A stretch of 44,065 bases of DNA, from the NCBI GenBank assembly GCA_039585915.1, contig JBDGUZ010000016.1, positions 1 to 44,065 on the forward strand, given 5' to 3'. Both the position numbers and the translations under genes were made by a program. Shown here in pieces: positions 8,915 to 18,568 of the stretch. Position 1 is the stretch's first letter, and each line of letters opens with the position of its first letter. This DNA is from Gemmatimonadota bacterium. Lineage in GTDB: Bacteria > Gemmatimonadota > Gemmatimonadetes > Palauibacterales > Palauibacteraceae. The notes under the pieces are model-generated. The model had not been told where the DNA came from and searched no databases. It saw only the letters and a list, made by a program, of their open reading frames with translations.

Positions 8915-10710
8915 TCGAATCGGAGCGGGCGGTACCGGGCGCGACGGCCTGGAGAGAAGTCCCGTGCGGACTGGTCGGACCGGAGCATGTAGGCCGGGCC
9001 GTGCACCTCGCAGGTTGGGTTCACAGGCGGCGGGACCTGGGAGGAGTAGTATTTCTCCACCTGCGGGATCGAACCGGTCTCGTGCAGCTCGCATTCAACC
9101 CGGACTGGACCTCGGTTGAAGCGATGGAACTCCTCGGCGATCTCAACCCGGAGGATGTCCTGGCTGTCGAGGGCACCGTCGAAGCCCGGCCGGAGGATGC
9201 GGTGAATCCCGATATGACGACCGGCTCGGTCGAGATGCGGGTCACGGCCATCCGGCGATTGTCAGAATCCGCGGCGCTGCCGATCCTCGTCGCTGTACCA
9301 CCGGAGGAAGACCTTCCGTCGGAGGAGCTTCGGCTCCGGAATCGGGTGCTGGATCTGAGGCGGCCCGAGATGCAAAGGAATTTTGCGGTTCGTCACCGGG
9401 CGACAAACGCCGCCCGGCAAGCCCTGTCCGATGAGGGGTTCCTGGAGGTCGAGACTCCCTTCCTCACCCGAAAAACGCCGGAGGGGGCGAGAGACTACAT
9501 CGTTCCGAGCCGGGTCCACCCTGGAGAGTTCTACGCCCTGCCGCAGTCGCCACAGCTCTACAAGCAGTTGCTGATGGTCGCGGGATTTGACCGTTACTTC
9601 CAGATCGCCCGCTGTCTGCGCGATGAGGACCTGCGGGCCGATCGTCAGCCGGAGTTCACGCAAGTCGATGTCGAGATGGCATTCGTCGATGAAGACGATG
9701 TGTTCGGAGTGGCCGAGAGGATGCTGGTCCGCATGTTCTCCGAGGCGACCGGCGTCGAAGTGGAGAAACCCTTTCCTCGAATGACATATGCCGACGCGCT
9801 CGAGAAGTACGGCACGGACAAGCCGGACCTGAGGATTCCGTGGGAGATCCAGGACTTCACGGAAGGTCTTTCGGGTCTGGGCTTCGGGATCGTGGACGGA
9901 GTCAGGGATGCCGGTGGACGAGTCCGCGGTTTCGTCGTCCCGGGTGGAGTATCCCTGTCGCGGGCGCGACTCGACGTCGCGAACGAAACGGCCAGACAGC
10001 AGGGTGCCAAGGGTGCCCTGTGGCTGAAGCGGAATGACGAAGGATGGTCCGGCCCCCCCGCCCGGTTCCTCGCGGGGGAGGCGGGAGCGGCGCTGGCTTC
10101 CACTCACGCGATCGAACCGGGCGACCTCGTGATTCTGGTCGCTGGACCGGACTCGGAAACGTCCCCAGCGCTGGACGCCCTCCGGCGGGCAATCGGCGAC
10201 GAGCTGGGGGCGTTAGAAGATCGACTGTGCTGGACGTGGGTTACTGAGTTCCCGCTGTTCGAACGGGACCCGGAGACTGGTCGCCCGATGGCGAGCCACC
10301 ACCCGTTTACGATGCCGGACGAGACGGACCCGAAGAAGCTGGTCTCGGATCCGTTTTCCGTCGGCTCGCGGGCGTACGATCTCGTCCTCAACGGAACGGA
10401 ATTGTGCAGCGGGAGCATCCGTTGCCACGTCCCGGAACTCCAGCGAGCGATTCTGCGGGTCCTGGGTATGGAAGAGGAGGATATTGAGACGCGGTTCGGA
10501 TTCCTGCTCGAAGCGTTCCGGTACGGCGTTCCGCCGCACGGTGGATTCGCGATGGGCCTCGACCGGCTCGTGGCGTTGCTTGTCGGAACGACCTCGATCA
10601 GGGAAGTGATCGCGTTTCCGAAGACTACGGCGGCCCGCGGACTGCTCGAAGGTGCTCCGTCGGCTGTTGACGCGTCGGAGCTGGCCGTCCTCGGGCTGCG
10701 GTTCGAATGA
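8911..10710 (+). CDS. aspS: Aspartate--tRNA ligase (bacterial type with GAD domain)
   Basis: GWVHRRRDLGG, LRDRTG, TPEGARDY, ALPQSPQLYKQ, RDEDLRADRQPEFTQ, HHPFT, GSIR, PPHGG...GLDR, REVIAFPK. Confidence 0.98.
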   Translation: MIESERAVPGATAWREVPCGLVGPEHVGRAVHLAGWVHRRRDLGGVVFLHLRDRTGLVQLAFNPDWTSVEAMELLGDLNPEDVLAVEGTVEARPEDAVNPDMTTGSVEMRVTAIRRLSESAALPILVAVPPEEDLPSEELRLRNRVLDLRRPEMQRNFAVRHRATNAARQALSDEGFLEVETPFLTRKTPEGARDYIVPSRVHPGEFYALPQSPQLYKQLLMVAGFDRYFQIARCLRDEDLRADRQPEFTQVDVEMAFVDEDDVFGVAERMLVRMFSEATGVEVEKPFPRMTYADALEKYGTDKPDLRIPWEIQDFTEGLSGLGFGIVDGVRDAGGRVRGFVVPGGVSLSRARLDVANETARQQGAKGALWLKRNDEGWSGPPARFLAGEAGAALASTHAIEPGDLVILVAGPDSETSPALDALRRAIGDELGALEDRLCWTWVTEFPLFERDPETGRPMASHHPFTMPDETDPKKLVSDPFSVGSRAYDLVLNGTELCSGSIRCHVPELQRAILRVLGMEEEDIETRFGFLLEAFRYGVPPHGGFAMGLDRLVALLVGTTSIREVIAFPKTTAARGLLEGAPSAVDASELAVLGLRFE

Positions 10711-10759
10711 CTGCGGCTCGCATGACAGCAGCTCGAAATCCCGGCCCGGACAGGCATTG

Positions 10760-11736
10760 ATGAGCGAAGATACAGGACAGACGACAGCGGAGCCGCTCGA
10801 CGCGCCAGTGATCCAGCATCGGATCCCGGCGGCTGGAGCGGACCCTCTGATTCTCGCCGGCGTCAACGACGGACACCTGAAGTCCCTGGCCCGGCTCGGC
10901 GACTGTCGGAAGCTGTCGAGCGCTGCACGCCGGTGGCGCAACGCATGATCCGTCTCGCGCGCCTGCAGCGGCCGTTCGACACGGCCGATGTGGAGAGGTT
11001 CTTCCACGAGGCCGAGACTCAACCGGCCCAGCTCGGTGTGGACGCGGAGGAAGAGACGATAGCCCTTCCCGGAGCCCGCAAGGTCATCCGGCCGAAGTCC
11101 ACCGGGCAGCGCGACTATCTCACGTCGATCCGGGAGCACGACATCGCGATTGGCATCGGACCGGCCGGGACGGGAAAGACCTACCTGGCGGTGGCGATGG
11201 CCGTGGACGCCCTGATGCGGAAGCGCGTCCGCCGGATCATTCTCACCCGCCCGGCAGTCGAGGCCGGCGAGGCGCTCGGTTTTCTTCCGGGCGACATTCG
11301 AGAAAAGGTGGACCCGTACCTGCGACCGCTGTATGACGCACTTGAAGACATGATGCCACCCGAACGGGTGCGGAAGACGATCGAGGAACACGTGATCGAG
11401 GTCGCGCCGCTGGCGTACATGAGGGGACGCACGCTGTCCGACGCCTTCCTGATCCTGGACGAAGCGCAGAATGCCACGACTGCGCAGATGAAGATGTTCC
11501 TTACCCGGCTCGGGTTGAATTCGAAGACCGTGATTACCGGAGACAAGACGCAGATCGACCTCGCGAGGCCTGAGGAGTCGGGCCTTCTCGACATTGAGCG
11601 GGTTCTGTCCGACGTGGAGGGGATTTCGTTCGTCTACCTGGACGAGACCGACGTCGTGCGGCACCGCCTGGTGAAGGACATCATCCGTGCCTATGCGGTG
11701 CGTGATGGGGCCGGCGATTCGGGAGACCGGTCTTGA
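10760..11736 (+). CDS. phoH: PhoH-family ATPase (YbeZ-like), split by a frameshift near 10909 as sequenced
   Basis: The N-terminus MSED...[14 protein letters not shown] is in one frame. The ATPase core ([45 protein letters not shown]) is in another frame, ORF 10933-11736. Confidence 0.9.
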
Positions 11737-14078
11737 GCGCCCGGTTCCGCGAGACCTGGCGAGACACCATTCGGGCCGTCGATCGACGACCCGGAGACAG
11801 CTGGCGGGACCGCGCGGCGCACCATGGGGCTCGCGGATTGCTGGTCCTGCTGCTTGCGGCTTTGCTTCCGTTCCTGTTTCCGCGCTCACCGCTTCCGGAG
11901 GCCGTGACGCTCAGCGCAGGTGCCGTGGCGGACCAGGACGTGATCGCCGCTTTCGAGTTCCTGGTTTCGAAACCGTCGTCGCGGCTTGCCGCGGAGCGGG
12001 CAGAATCGGAGCGGGTCGTGGCGCCAGTGTACAGCCTCGAACCGGAAGCAGCAGACTCGGCCAGGGCACTCACCCGGATCTTCTTCGAGGGAGTCGACTC
12101 CACGTTCGCCGCGTCCGAGGCTGATCGCACTGCGTATTTTTTTGACCAGTACGGCTTTGAGCTCACCGAGGAGCAGGAGGAGTTCCTGGCAGTCGAGGAG
12201 GAACGCAATTCGCTTCGCGCTGCCCTCGACCGAGCCTACGCGGAACTGCTCCCGCGCGGCGTGGCGCCGATCCTCGACGTCCCCGGTCCGGCTCCCGCGG
12301 TGGTAATCGTACGAACCCCCGACGGAGATCGACGGATTCCGAGGGATTCGCTGCGGACGGTCGGTGGGTTTCTGGAGGAGGCACTGGCTTTCGCTCCGAC
12401 CGATCTCTCGCTGGCCGGATTTCAGCTATACCAGAATCTGTTGTTCCGATTCACCGTTCCCAGCCTCCGGTTCGATCCCGAGGCAACGGGGTTCGCCCGG
12501 GGGCAGGCCCGAGCCGCCGTCGATACCACGTTCGGTACGGTGCTCGAGGGAGAGCGGATCATTGCGGCCCACGAGCGCGTGTCGGAGCGCCAGTTGCTGC
12601 GCCTGCAGGCCTACAACGAGGCCCTGGCCGAACGGGGGGTCGCGAGTCTCGGGAGTCGCCGCCGGACTGCGGTCGGCAGCTTCCTCTTCGGTACGCTGAT
12701 GCTGGGCCTGTTCGGTGCCGTCCTGCTGTTGTTTCGGCCGATCATCTATCGGGATGCGCGAAACTACCTGCTGGTGCTGGGCCTGGTGGCGCTCGGCCTG
12801 ATCGGCGCCAGCGTAATCTATCGGGTAGAGTTTCCGCCGGAACTCGTGCCGATCGTGTTAATGGCGATTCCGCTGGCCGCCCTGTGGGATGGCCTCGTGT
12901 CACTGATCGCCGTCGTCGTCACCTCCGTCCTTCTCGCGGGCCTGACCGAGCTGAATGCACTGTACTACCCGTTCGTTCTCCTGGCGGCCGGCGCGGTCGG
13001 AGCGCTGGGCGTTCGCGGCCTGCGCAAACGGACCCACGGCTGGATTCTGATCGCGGCGATTACCGGAGCGTATCTGGTGGCGGGGTTCTCGGTCGGACTC
13101 CTGGAGTCTCTGCCGCTGCGGATCCCGGCGGAGACGGCTGCCTGGGGACTCGTCGCAGCAACTCTGTACACGTTCCTCGCGCTCGGCGCCGCGGTCCCGC
13201 TGCTGGAGAAGGTCACCGGGATCAGCACAGATCAGACATTGCTAGAGCTATCGGATCTTAATGCGCCACTCCTCAGGGAGTTATCACGCAAAGCGCCGGG
13301 TACCTACGCACACTCGATCAGTGGGGCGAATCTGGCGGAGGCAGCGTGCCTGTCCGTCGGGGCCAACGCGCTTCTCGCCCGTGCCGGCGTGTACTATCAC
13401 GATGTCGGGAAGATGGAGAACCCACAGTTCTTCGTGGAGAATCAGCCCAAGGGGCGCAATCCCCACGATCGGCTGCCCCCGGCACGGAGCGCAGCCATCA
13501 TCAGGGACCACGTGCGTGATGGTCTCCGGATCGCAGCGGAGCACAGACTGCCCCCGTTCATTCACGACTGCATCCGGGAGCATCACGGCACGAGCGTGAT
13601 CTCGTACTTTCTCGACAAGGCGAGGAGCGAGAGCCCGGATGCCGACATCGATTCCGGCGACTTTGCCTACCCGGGACCGAAGCCCCAGACGCGGGAGACA
13701 GCGATCGTCATGCTCGCCGATGGAATCGAGTCGGCCACCAGGGTTCTACAGGACCCGACCCCGGAGCGGATCCGGGCGACGATCGACGCGATCGTCCAGG
13801 CCCGAATCGACGAAGGACAGCTCGACCAGTGTCCACTGACGCTGCGGGACCTGGAGCGCACGAAGGACTCGTTCGCGCGGATCCTGATCGGGATGTACCA
13901 CCGGAGGATCGAATATCCATCGGGCGTGAAGGCGCGAGAGGAGATCCTGGCGGCGGACAGCAGGTCGGGCGGCGGTGCGCAGCGGCAGGTAGAGGTCGAT
14001 GCGGAAGATCGTTCCCGGATTACGGAGTCGAGGACCGAGCAGGTCGGACCGGGCTTGTCAAGTGACTCCTCCTCCTGA
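11733..14078 (+). CDS. 7TM-HD (HDIG) membrane phosphohydrolase, PgpH/YqfF-like
   Basis: Large extracytoplasmic domain, multiple TM helices, LLELSD...LL....[43 protein letters not shown]; lies between phoH and ybeY. Confidence 0.9.
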   Translation: MSARFRETWRDTIRAVDRRPGDSWRDRAAHHGARGLLVLLLAALLPFLFPRSPLPEAVTLSAGAVADQDVIAAFEFLVSKPSSRLAAERAESERVVAPVYSLEPEAADSARALTRIFFEGVDSTFAASEADRTAYFFDQYGFELTEEQEEFLAVEEERNSLRAALDRAYAELLPRGVAPILDVPGPAPAVVIVRTPDGDRRIPRDSLRTVGGFLEEALAFAPTDLSLAGFQLYQNLLFRFTVPSLRFDPEATGFARGQARAAVDTTFGTVLEGERIIAAHERVSERQLLRLQAYNEALAERGVASLGSRRRTAVGSFLFGTLMLGLFGAVLLLFRPIIYRDARNYLLVLGLVALGLIGASVIYRVEFPPELVPIVLMAIPLAALWDGLVSLIAVVVTSVLLAGLTELNALYYPFVLLAAGAVGALGVRGLRKRTHGWILIAAITGAYLVAGFSVGLLESLPLRIPAETAAWGLVAATLYTFLALGAAVPLLEKVTGISTDQTLLELSDLNAPLLRELSRKAPGTYAHSISGANLAEAACLSVGANALLARAGVYYHDVGKMENPQFFVENQPKGRNPHDRLPPARSAAIIRDHVRDGLRIAAEHRLPPFIHDCIREHHGTSVISYFLDKARSESPDADIDSGDFAYPGPKPQTRETAIVMLADGIESATRVLQDPTPERIRATIDAIVQARIDEGQLDQCPLTLRDLERTKDSFARILIGMYHRRIEYPSGVKAREEILAADSRSGGGAQRQVEVDAEDRSRITESRTEQVGPGLSSDSSS

Positions 14079-14544
14079 GGTCAAAGGCGAGAGTTCGCGG
14101 CCGCCTGGTGCGACCATTCATCTGAACGGGCTCGAGTCGTGGCCCGATCTGGTGGACGCACGGGGCTCGATGATCGATGCGGCGCGTACGGCGCTCGGCA
14201 CGGACCCGCGGCTCGTCCAGGGTGAGCTTTCGATTACCCTCGTAGATGACTCAGAGATGACGCGCCTGAACGGTGAGTGGCTGAACCAGGCCGGCTCGAC
14301 CGACGTGATCGCATTCTCGCTCGGCTCGGCCGAATCGGCCCTGGGAGACGTTTACATTGCGCCGGATACAGCCGGCAGAAACGCCTCCCGGCTCGGCGTC
14401 GATCTGACGGAAGAGATCCTCCGACTCGTCATTCACGGGACTCTTCACGTCATCGGTTACGATCACCCGGATGGTCCCGACCGCGATTCCTCGGAAATGT
14501 ACCGGGTGCAGGAAGAGTTGCTTCGGGGTCTGGAAGTCCGCTAG
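14062..14544 (+). CDS. ybeY: rRNA maturation endoribonuclease YbeY
   Basis: TDVIAF, LGDVYI, LVIHGTLHVIGYDH (H3xH5xH zinc motif). Start uncertain; GTG 14062 chosen. Confidence 0.92.
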   Translation: MTPPPEVKGESSRPPGATIHLNGLESWPDLVDARGSMIDAARTALGTDPRLVQGELSITLVDDSEMTRLNGEWLNQAGSTDVIAFSLGSAESALGDVYIAPDTAGRNASRLGVDLTEEILRLVIHGTLHVIGYDHPDGPDRDSSEMYRVQEELLRGLEVR

Positions 14545-14596
14545 CCTGTCCGGGCTCGCACCCCTCATCCACCTGCCGGGTCCAGGAGTCGGACGA

Positions 14597-15214
14597 ATGA
14601 GACAATTCCTGCACAGACTCCGGCGTTACTTCGTCACCGGTCTGATCGTAATCGCGCCGGTCGGCGTTACGGCTTACGTCCTCGCATGGATGTTTCAGCG
14701 CCTGGATCCGATTCTCGGTCGTTACCTGCCTGCCCTGGGAGTGCGACAGATTCCAGGTCTCGGCCTAGTCGCCCTCGCCGTGATCGTCGTGTTCATCGGC
14801 TGGACGTCGCAGATCGCGATCGGGAGACGGATCCTGTACTGGTGGAATACCGGACTCGCGAAGCTCCCGTTCGCACGTCGCATTTACTCCTCGTCTTCGC
14901 AAATCGTCCAGTCCGTGCTCGACCGTGAGGAGAAGTTGTTTCAGCACTGCACGTTGATCGAATTCCCCGGACCGGGGAAATGGGCGCTCGGATTCGAGAC
15001 CGCATCTTCGCCGGCCGAGATCGAGGAGATCACAGGTGAGCCGTCGGTGACCGTGTTCCTTCCGACCGCTCCGAACCCGACCTCCGGGTTCCTTCTTGTT
15101 CTTCCCAGACGCAGCGTGCACCGGCTGGCCCTGAGCGTCGAGGATGGGCTCAAGCTCGTCCTCTCCGTCGGAGTCGCCACTCCGACCATGCCGACCGCGG
15201 AGGTTGAACGATGA
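14597..15214 (+). CDS. DUF502-family membrane protein
   Basis: AGGAG RBS; YFVTGL...P..T, IPGLGL, KLPF.R.IY, IEFP, VFLPTAPNPTSGFL, SVEDGLKLVLS.G. Confidence 0.9.
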   Translation: MRQFLHRLRRYFVTGLIVIAPVGVTAYVLAWMFQRLDPILGRYLPALGVRQIPGLGLVALAVIVVFIGWTSQIAIGRRILYWWNTGLAKLPFARRIYSSSSQIVQSVLDREEKLFQHCTLIEFPGPGKWALGFETASSPAEIEEITGEPSVTVFLPTAPNPTSGFLLVLPRRSVHRLALSVEDGLKLVLSVGVATPTMPTAEVER

Positions 15215-16569
15215 CCGAATCGCTGGATCGGATTGGGGCAATCACGCAACGGGTCAGGGAATTGCTCGCGCGCGAAGACGGTGATTCACTGCGGCTGTAT
15301 CTCGACGACCTGCACGGAAGCGATGTCGCGGACCTGATCGAGGCGCTCGAACCGGACCAGCGGGTGGCGCTGGTCGAGTTCCTTCCCGCGGAACTCGCGG
15401 CCGATGCGCTCGCCGAGATGGAGGACGTCGAGAAGCCCGGTGAGCTTCTCATTCAGCTCGAGCCGGATCGGATCGGGGAGATCGTCGATGAGATGGCCGA
15501 CGATGACGCCGCGGACATCATCGGCGACCTCGAGCCCGAGGATCAGGCCAGGGTGCTGTCGTCGGTTTCCGCGCCGGATGCGACGGAGATTCAAGAACTC
15601 CTGAGCTACCCGGAGGAATCGGCCGGCGGCATCATGACGCACGATGTCCTGGCGGTCGGCTCAGCTCTGAGCGCGGCCCAGGCGATCGACGAACTCCGAC
15701 GCCAGGCCCAGGAGGACATCGACTTTTACACGATCTTCGTGACAGACCCGGGTGGAGTTCTGCAGGGGGTGGTCTCGCTCCAGGACCTCGTGGTCTCAGA
15801 ACCCGATCTGCCGATTTCGGAGATCACGGAAGAACCTGCGGCCGTGGCGCAGGTGGAAATGGACCAGGAGGACGTCGGCCGGTCGCTGTCGCGCTATAAC
15901 CTTCCATCGATCGGTGTCGTAGATGAGGAGGGCCGCCTGGTAGGCCAGATCACGTTTGACGATGTGATCGACGTGATCGAGGCCGAGACGACGGAGGATA
16001 TCCTCCGCTTCGCCGCCGTGTCGGACGAGGAGGAGGTCCGGGGATCGACGCTGGACGCGATCCGTAGCCGGCTTCCGTGGCTCCTGTTGAATCTCGGTAC
16101 TGCTTCGATCGGCGCGTCCGTCGTGTGGCGCTACCAGGGAACGATCGAGGCCCTGGTCCTTCTGGCAGTCGTGATGCCGATCGTCGCCGGACTGGGCGGC
16201 AATGCGGGAACCCAGGCCCTGGCAGTGACGATCCGCCGAATCGCGGTGTCCGACGAGTCCCTGTCGCGACGCTGGGGCGTTGTTCGCAAGGAAGCGCTGG
16301 TCGGCCTGCTGAACGGCCTGGTAGTCGGACTCGTCGCGGCGGTCGCCGGCCATTTCCTGTTCGAAGCGGGTATCCGCTTCGGAACTGTCGTATTGCTGGC
16401 CATGTGGGGCAATATGGTCGTCGCCTCGTTCGCCGGAGCGTTCATCCCGATCTTTCTGGAGAGCATGGGCGTCGATCCGGCCGTTGCATCGTCCGTATTC
16501 GTAACGGCTCTTACCGACCTGTCCGGCTTCATGCTGCTGCTTGGGCTCGCCTCGGCGGTACTGCTCTAA
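15211..16569 (+). CDS. mgtE: Magnesium transporter MgtE
   Basis: Acidic N-domain, YPEESAGGIMT, CBS pair, ITFDDVID, RLPWL, GGNAGTQ, DPAVASSVFVTALTD. Confidence 0.96.
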   Translation: MTESLDRIGAITQRVRELLAREDGDSLRLYLDDLHGSDVADLIEALEPDQRVALVEFLPAELAADALAEMEDVEKPGELLIQLEPDRIGEIVDEMADDDAADIIGDLEPEDQARVLSSVSAPDATEIQELLSYPEESAGGIMTHDVLAVGSALSAAQAIDELRRQAQEDIDFYTIFVTDPGGVLQGVVSLQDLVVSEPDLPISEITEEPAAVAQVEMDQEDVGRSLSRYNLPSIGVVDEEGRLVGQITFDDVIDVIEAETTEDILRFAAVSDEEEVRGSTLDAIRSRLPWLLLNLGTASIGASVVWRYQGTIEALVLLAVVMPIVAGLGGNAGTQALAVTIRRIAVSDESLSRRWGVVRKEALVGLLNGLVVGLVAAVAGHFLFEAGIRFGTVVLLAMWGNMVVASFAGAFIPIFLESMGVDPAVASSVFVTALTDLSGFMLLLGLASAVLL

Positions 16570-16767
16570 TTCGTATGCCGGGGAGAATTCGCGAATCGAG
16601 TTCGACACGAGGATCCGAGGCCGGATCCAGACAGGAACCGAACCATGGGTAAATGGTAGCGATAGTGATTGGGGAAGAGTCGCTATGAGGCGCCACCTGG
16701 CTCGATCTGTGCATCGGCAGGAAAACCGTCCCCGATCGACTGTCTGGCTGAAGAGGAGTACATGCGG

Positions 16768-18513
16768 ATGACGGTTTCGCGTTCAGCGGCTGCCATATGG
16801 CTCATACCGATTCTCGCCGCGTGCGGAGCGGACTCACCGGGTCCGACAGCGTCACCGGGTTTGCCTGAATGCAACACCGTGCATCTGGTTCCAGGAGAGG
16901 ACGTGATCTTCGAGGGATCTGCCGCCGTCAGTTGCATCGACATTCCGGCCTACGAGGCGCGCAGCCAGTACGAAGTCGTGGTCACCACGATGGCCCAGAC
17001 ACTGGGCTTCAGCCCGATGGAACTCAGGTTGACGCCGAATGGAACTCCAGGCGCGACCACCCCGATCCTGACCAGATTCACGGATCCCATTGGGACCGGG
17101 TCCGGGCCGGACATTATGGATTCGGCCTGGCGCGCGGGTCAGACCACACTGGATGCAGAACTGAGGCAGCTCGAGCGGTCGATCCTGCCGCAGATCCGTT
17201 CGTCCGCGACCGCTACGAGAGCCAGCCTGTTCAGCGTGCCGCTCGTCGGAGACACCTTGAGGTACCGGTTCACTTGCGTGGACAGAAAAGAATTCCCCGA
17301 CACGCCGAGCTCGATACTCGGCGAGGTCCGCCACGTGAGTCGGCGCGCCGTGATCGTGGAAGACCGGAGCTCGGCCGGCGAATTCAGTTCGGCCGATTAC
17401 GCTGAGATCGCACAGGCGTTCGACGACGTGATCTACGACATGAACGTGAAGTACTTCGGCAGTCCTCGGGACATCGACGCGAACGGGGGGCGCATCGTCC
17501 TGCTGTACACGCGCGGCGTGAACCAGATGTCGACCGACTACAAGGTCAGCTTCATCGCCGGTTTCACGTGTCCGCTCGACCTCGGCGCGTCCTCCGGAAA
17601 TCAGGCGGAGATGTTCTATCTGATGGTGCCGGACCCGGATGGGCTGTTCACTGAATCTCCGAACGACGCAATCAGCACGGAACAGGTCAGACGCATCACC
17701 GACAACACGGTCGCGCACGAATTGCAGCATCTGATAAACGCGCAGAGCGGAAACGGCGGTGCCCAGGACGTGTGGCTGAACGAAGGCCTGTCGCACCTTG
17801 CCGAGGAGGTGGTTGGCCACGCGGTGAATGGATTCGCACCCGGAACGGCTCTCGGGGCGGACGATCTGCTCGGCACGCAGGCGAAGATCGACGCATTCAA
17901 CAAGTACTACCTCAACAACTGGTACAACCTGAGCCAGTACCTGGACGCTCCGGGAGACACTGCAGCGCTATTGAACTCTTCGGACCCACTGAACTACAAC
18001 ACCTTTCGTATGCGCGGCGCGGCCTGGAGCTTCCTTCGTTATCTGCTCGACCGGTACGAGGATGGGACCGAGGGAGAGTCAGCTCTTACCAGGGCTCTGG
18101 TGCAGTCGTCGGCTGGTGACTCTCGAGACGCGATCACCGGGGTCTTCGGCTCGCCATTCGATCGGCTGGCCACGCAGTGGTCGACGATGCTGGTCTCATC
18201 CGACCGATCTGACGTTGAGCCCTCGATGGAGTTACAACTTCCGTCCTACAGAGTTCGCGACGTATTCGAATCGAGAATCGGCGACGCGGTAAATCCGCCG
18301 TCCGGAGGATACCCGCTTCTGCCGGTGAAGCGGGACCTGGGCTACGACGCGACTCTGGATGCTGAGTTGTTCAGCGCAACGGGTCTGTACGTCGAGTTGA
18401 ATGCCGCAGGAACAGGGGCTGGGACGCGCCTGGAGCTGGTGAGCCCGGCAGAAAAGGGGGGCATGCTCGACTCGAGCGTGGAACCGAGACTGCAGATCCT
18501 TCGAGTCCGCTGA
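16768..18513 (+). CDS. Lipoprotein, putative zinc metallopeptidase (HExxH...E; M30/neutral-protease-like)
   Basis: GAGGAG RBS 9 nt before ATG 16768; lipobox LAAC; FG.P.DID.NG.I..L, TVAHELQHLIN, WLNEGLSHLAEE. Confidence 0.7.
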   Translation: MTVSRSAAAIWLIPILAACGADSPGPTASPGLPECNTVHLVPGEDVIFEGSAAVSCIDIPAYEARSQYEVVVTTMAQTLGFSPMELRLTPNGTPGATTPILTRFTDPIGTGSGPDIMDSAWRAGQTTLDAELRQLERSILPQIRSSATATRASLFSVPLVGDTLRYRFTCVDRKEFPDTPSSILGEVRHVSRRAVIVEDRSSAGEFSSADYAEIAQAFDDVIYDMNVKYFGSPRDIDANGGRIVLLYTRGVNQMSTDYKVSFIAGFTCPLDLGASSGNQAEMFYLMVPDPDGLFTESPNDAISTEQVRRITDNTVAHELQHLINAQSGNGGAQDVWLNEGLSHLAEEVVGHAVNGFAPGTALGADDLLGTQAKIDAFNKYYLNNWYNLSQYLDAPGDTAALLNSSDPLNYNTFRMRGAAWSFLRYLLDRYEDGTEGESALTRALVQSSAGDSRDAITGVFGSPFDRLATQWSTMLVSSDRSDVEPSMELQLPSYRVRDVFESRIGDAVNPPSGGYPLLPVKRDLGYDATLDAELFSATGLYVELNAAGTGAGTRLELVSPAEKGGMLDSSVEPRLQILRVR

Positions 18514-18568
18514 CTGCCTGAATCAAACTGCTTGCTCCGACCGACTCCCGCCGGCAGTTTCGGTCGGT

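Noticed and set aside
10213-11889. Long antisense or overlapping ORFs (e.g. 10213-11889, 19710-20942, 23632-25134, 30100-31389, 34144-35022, 43040-43888 on the minus strand)
   Set aside because: They lie opposite well-supported genes, have no recognisable motifs and are the expected shadow ORFs of GC-rich codon usage.
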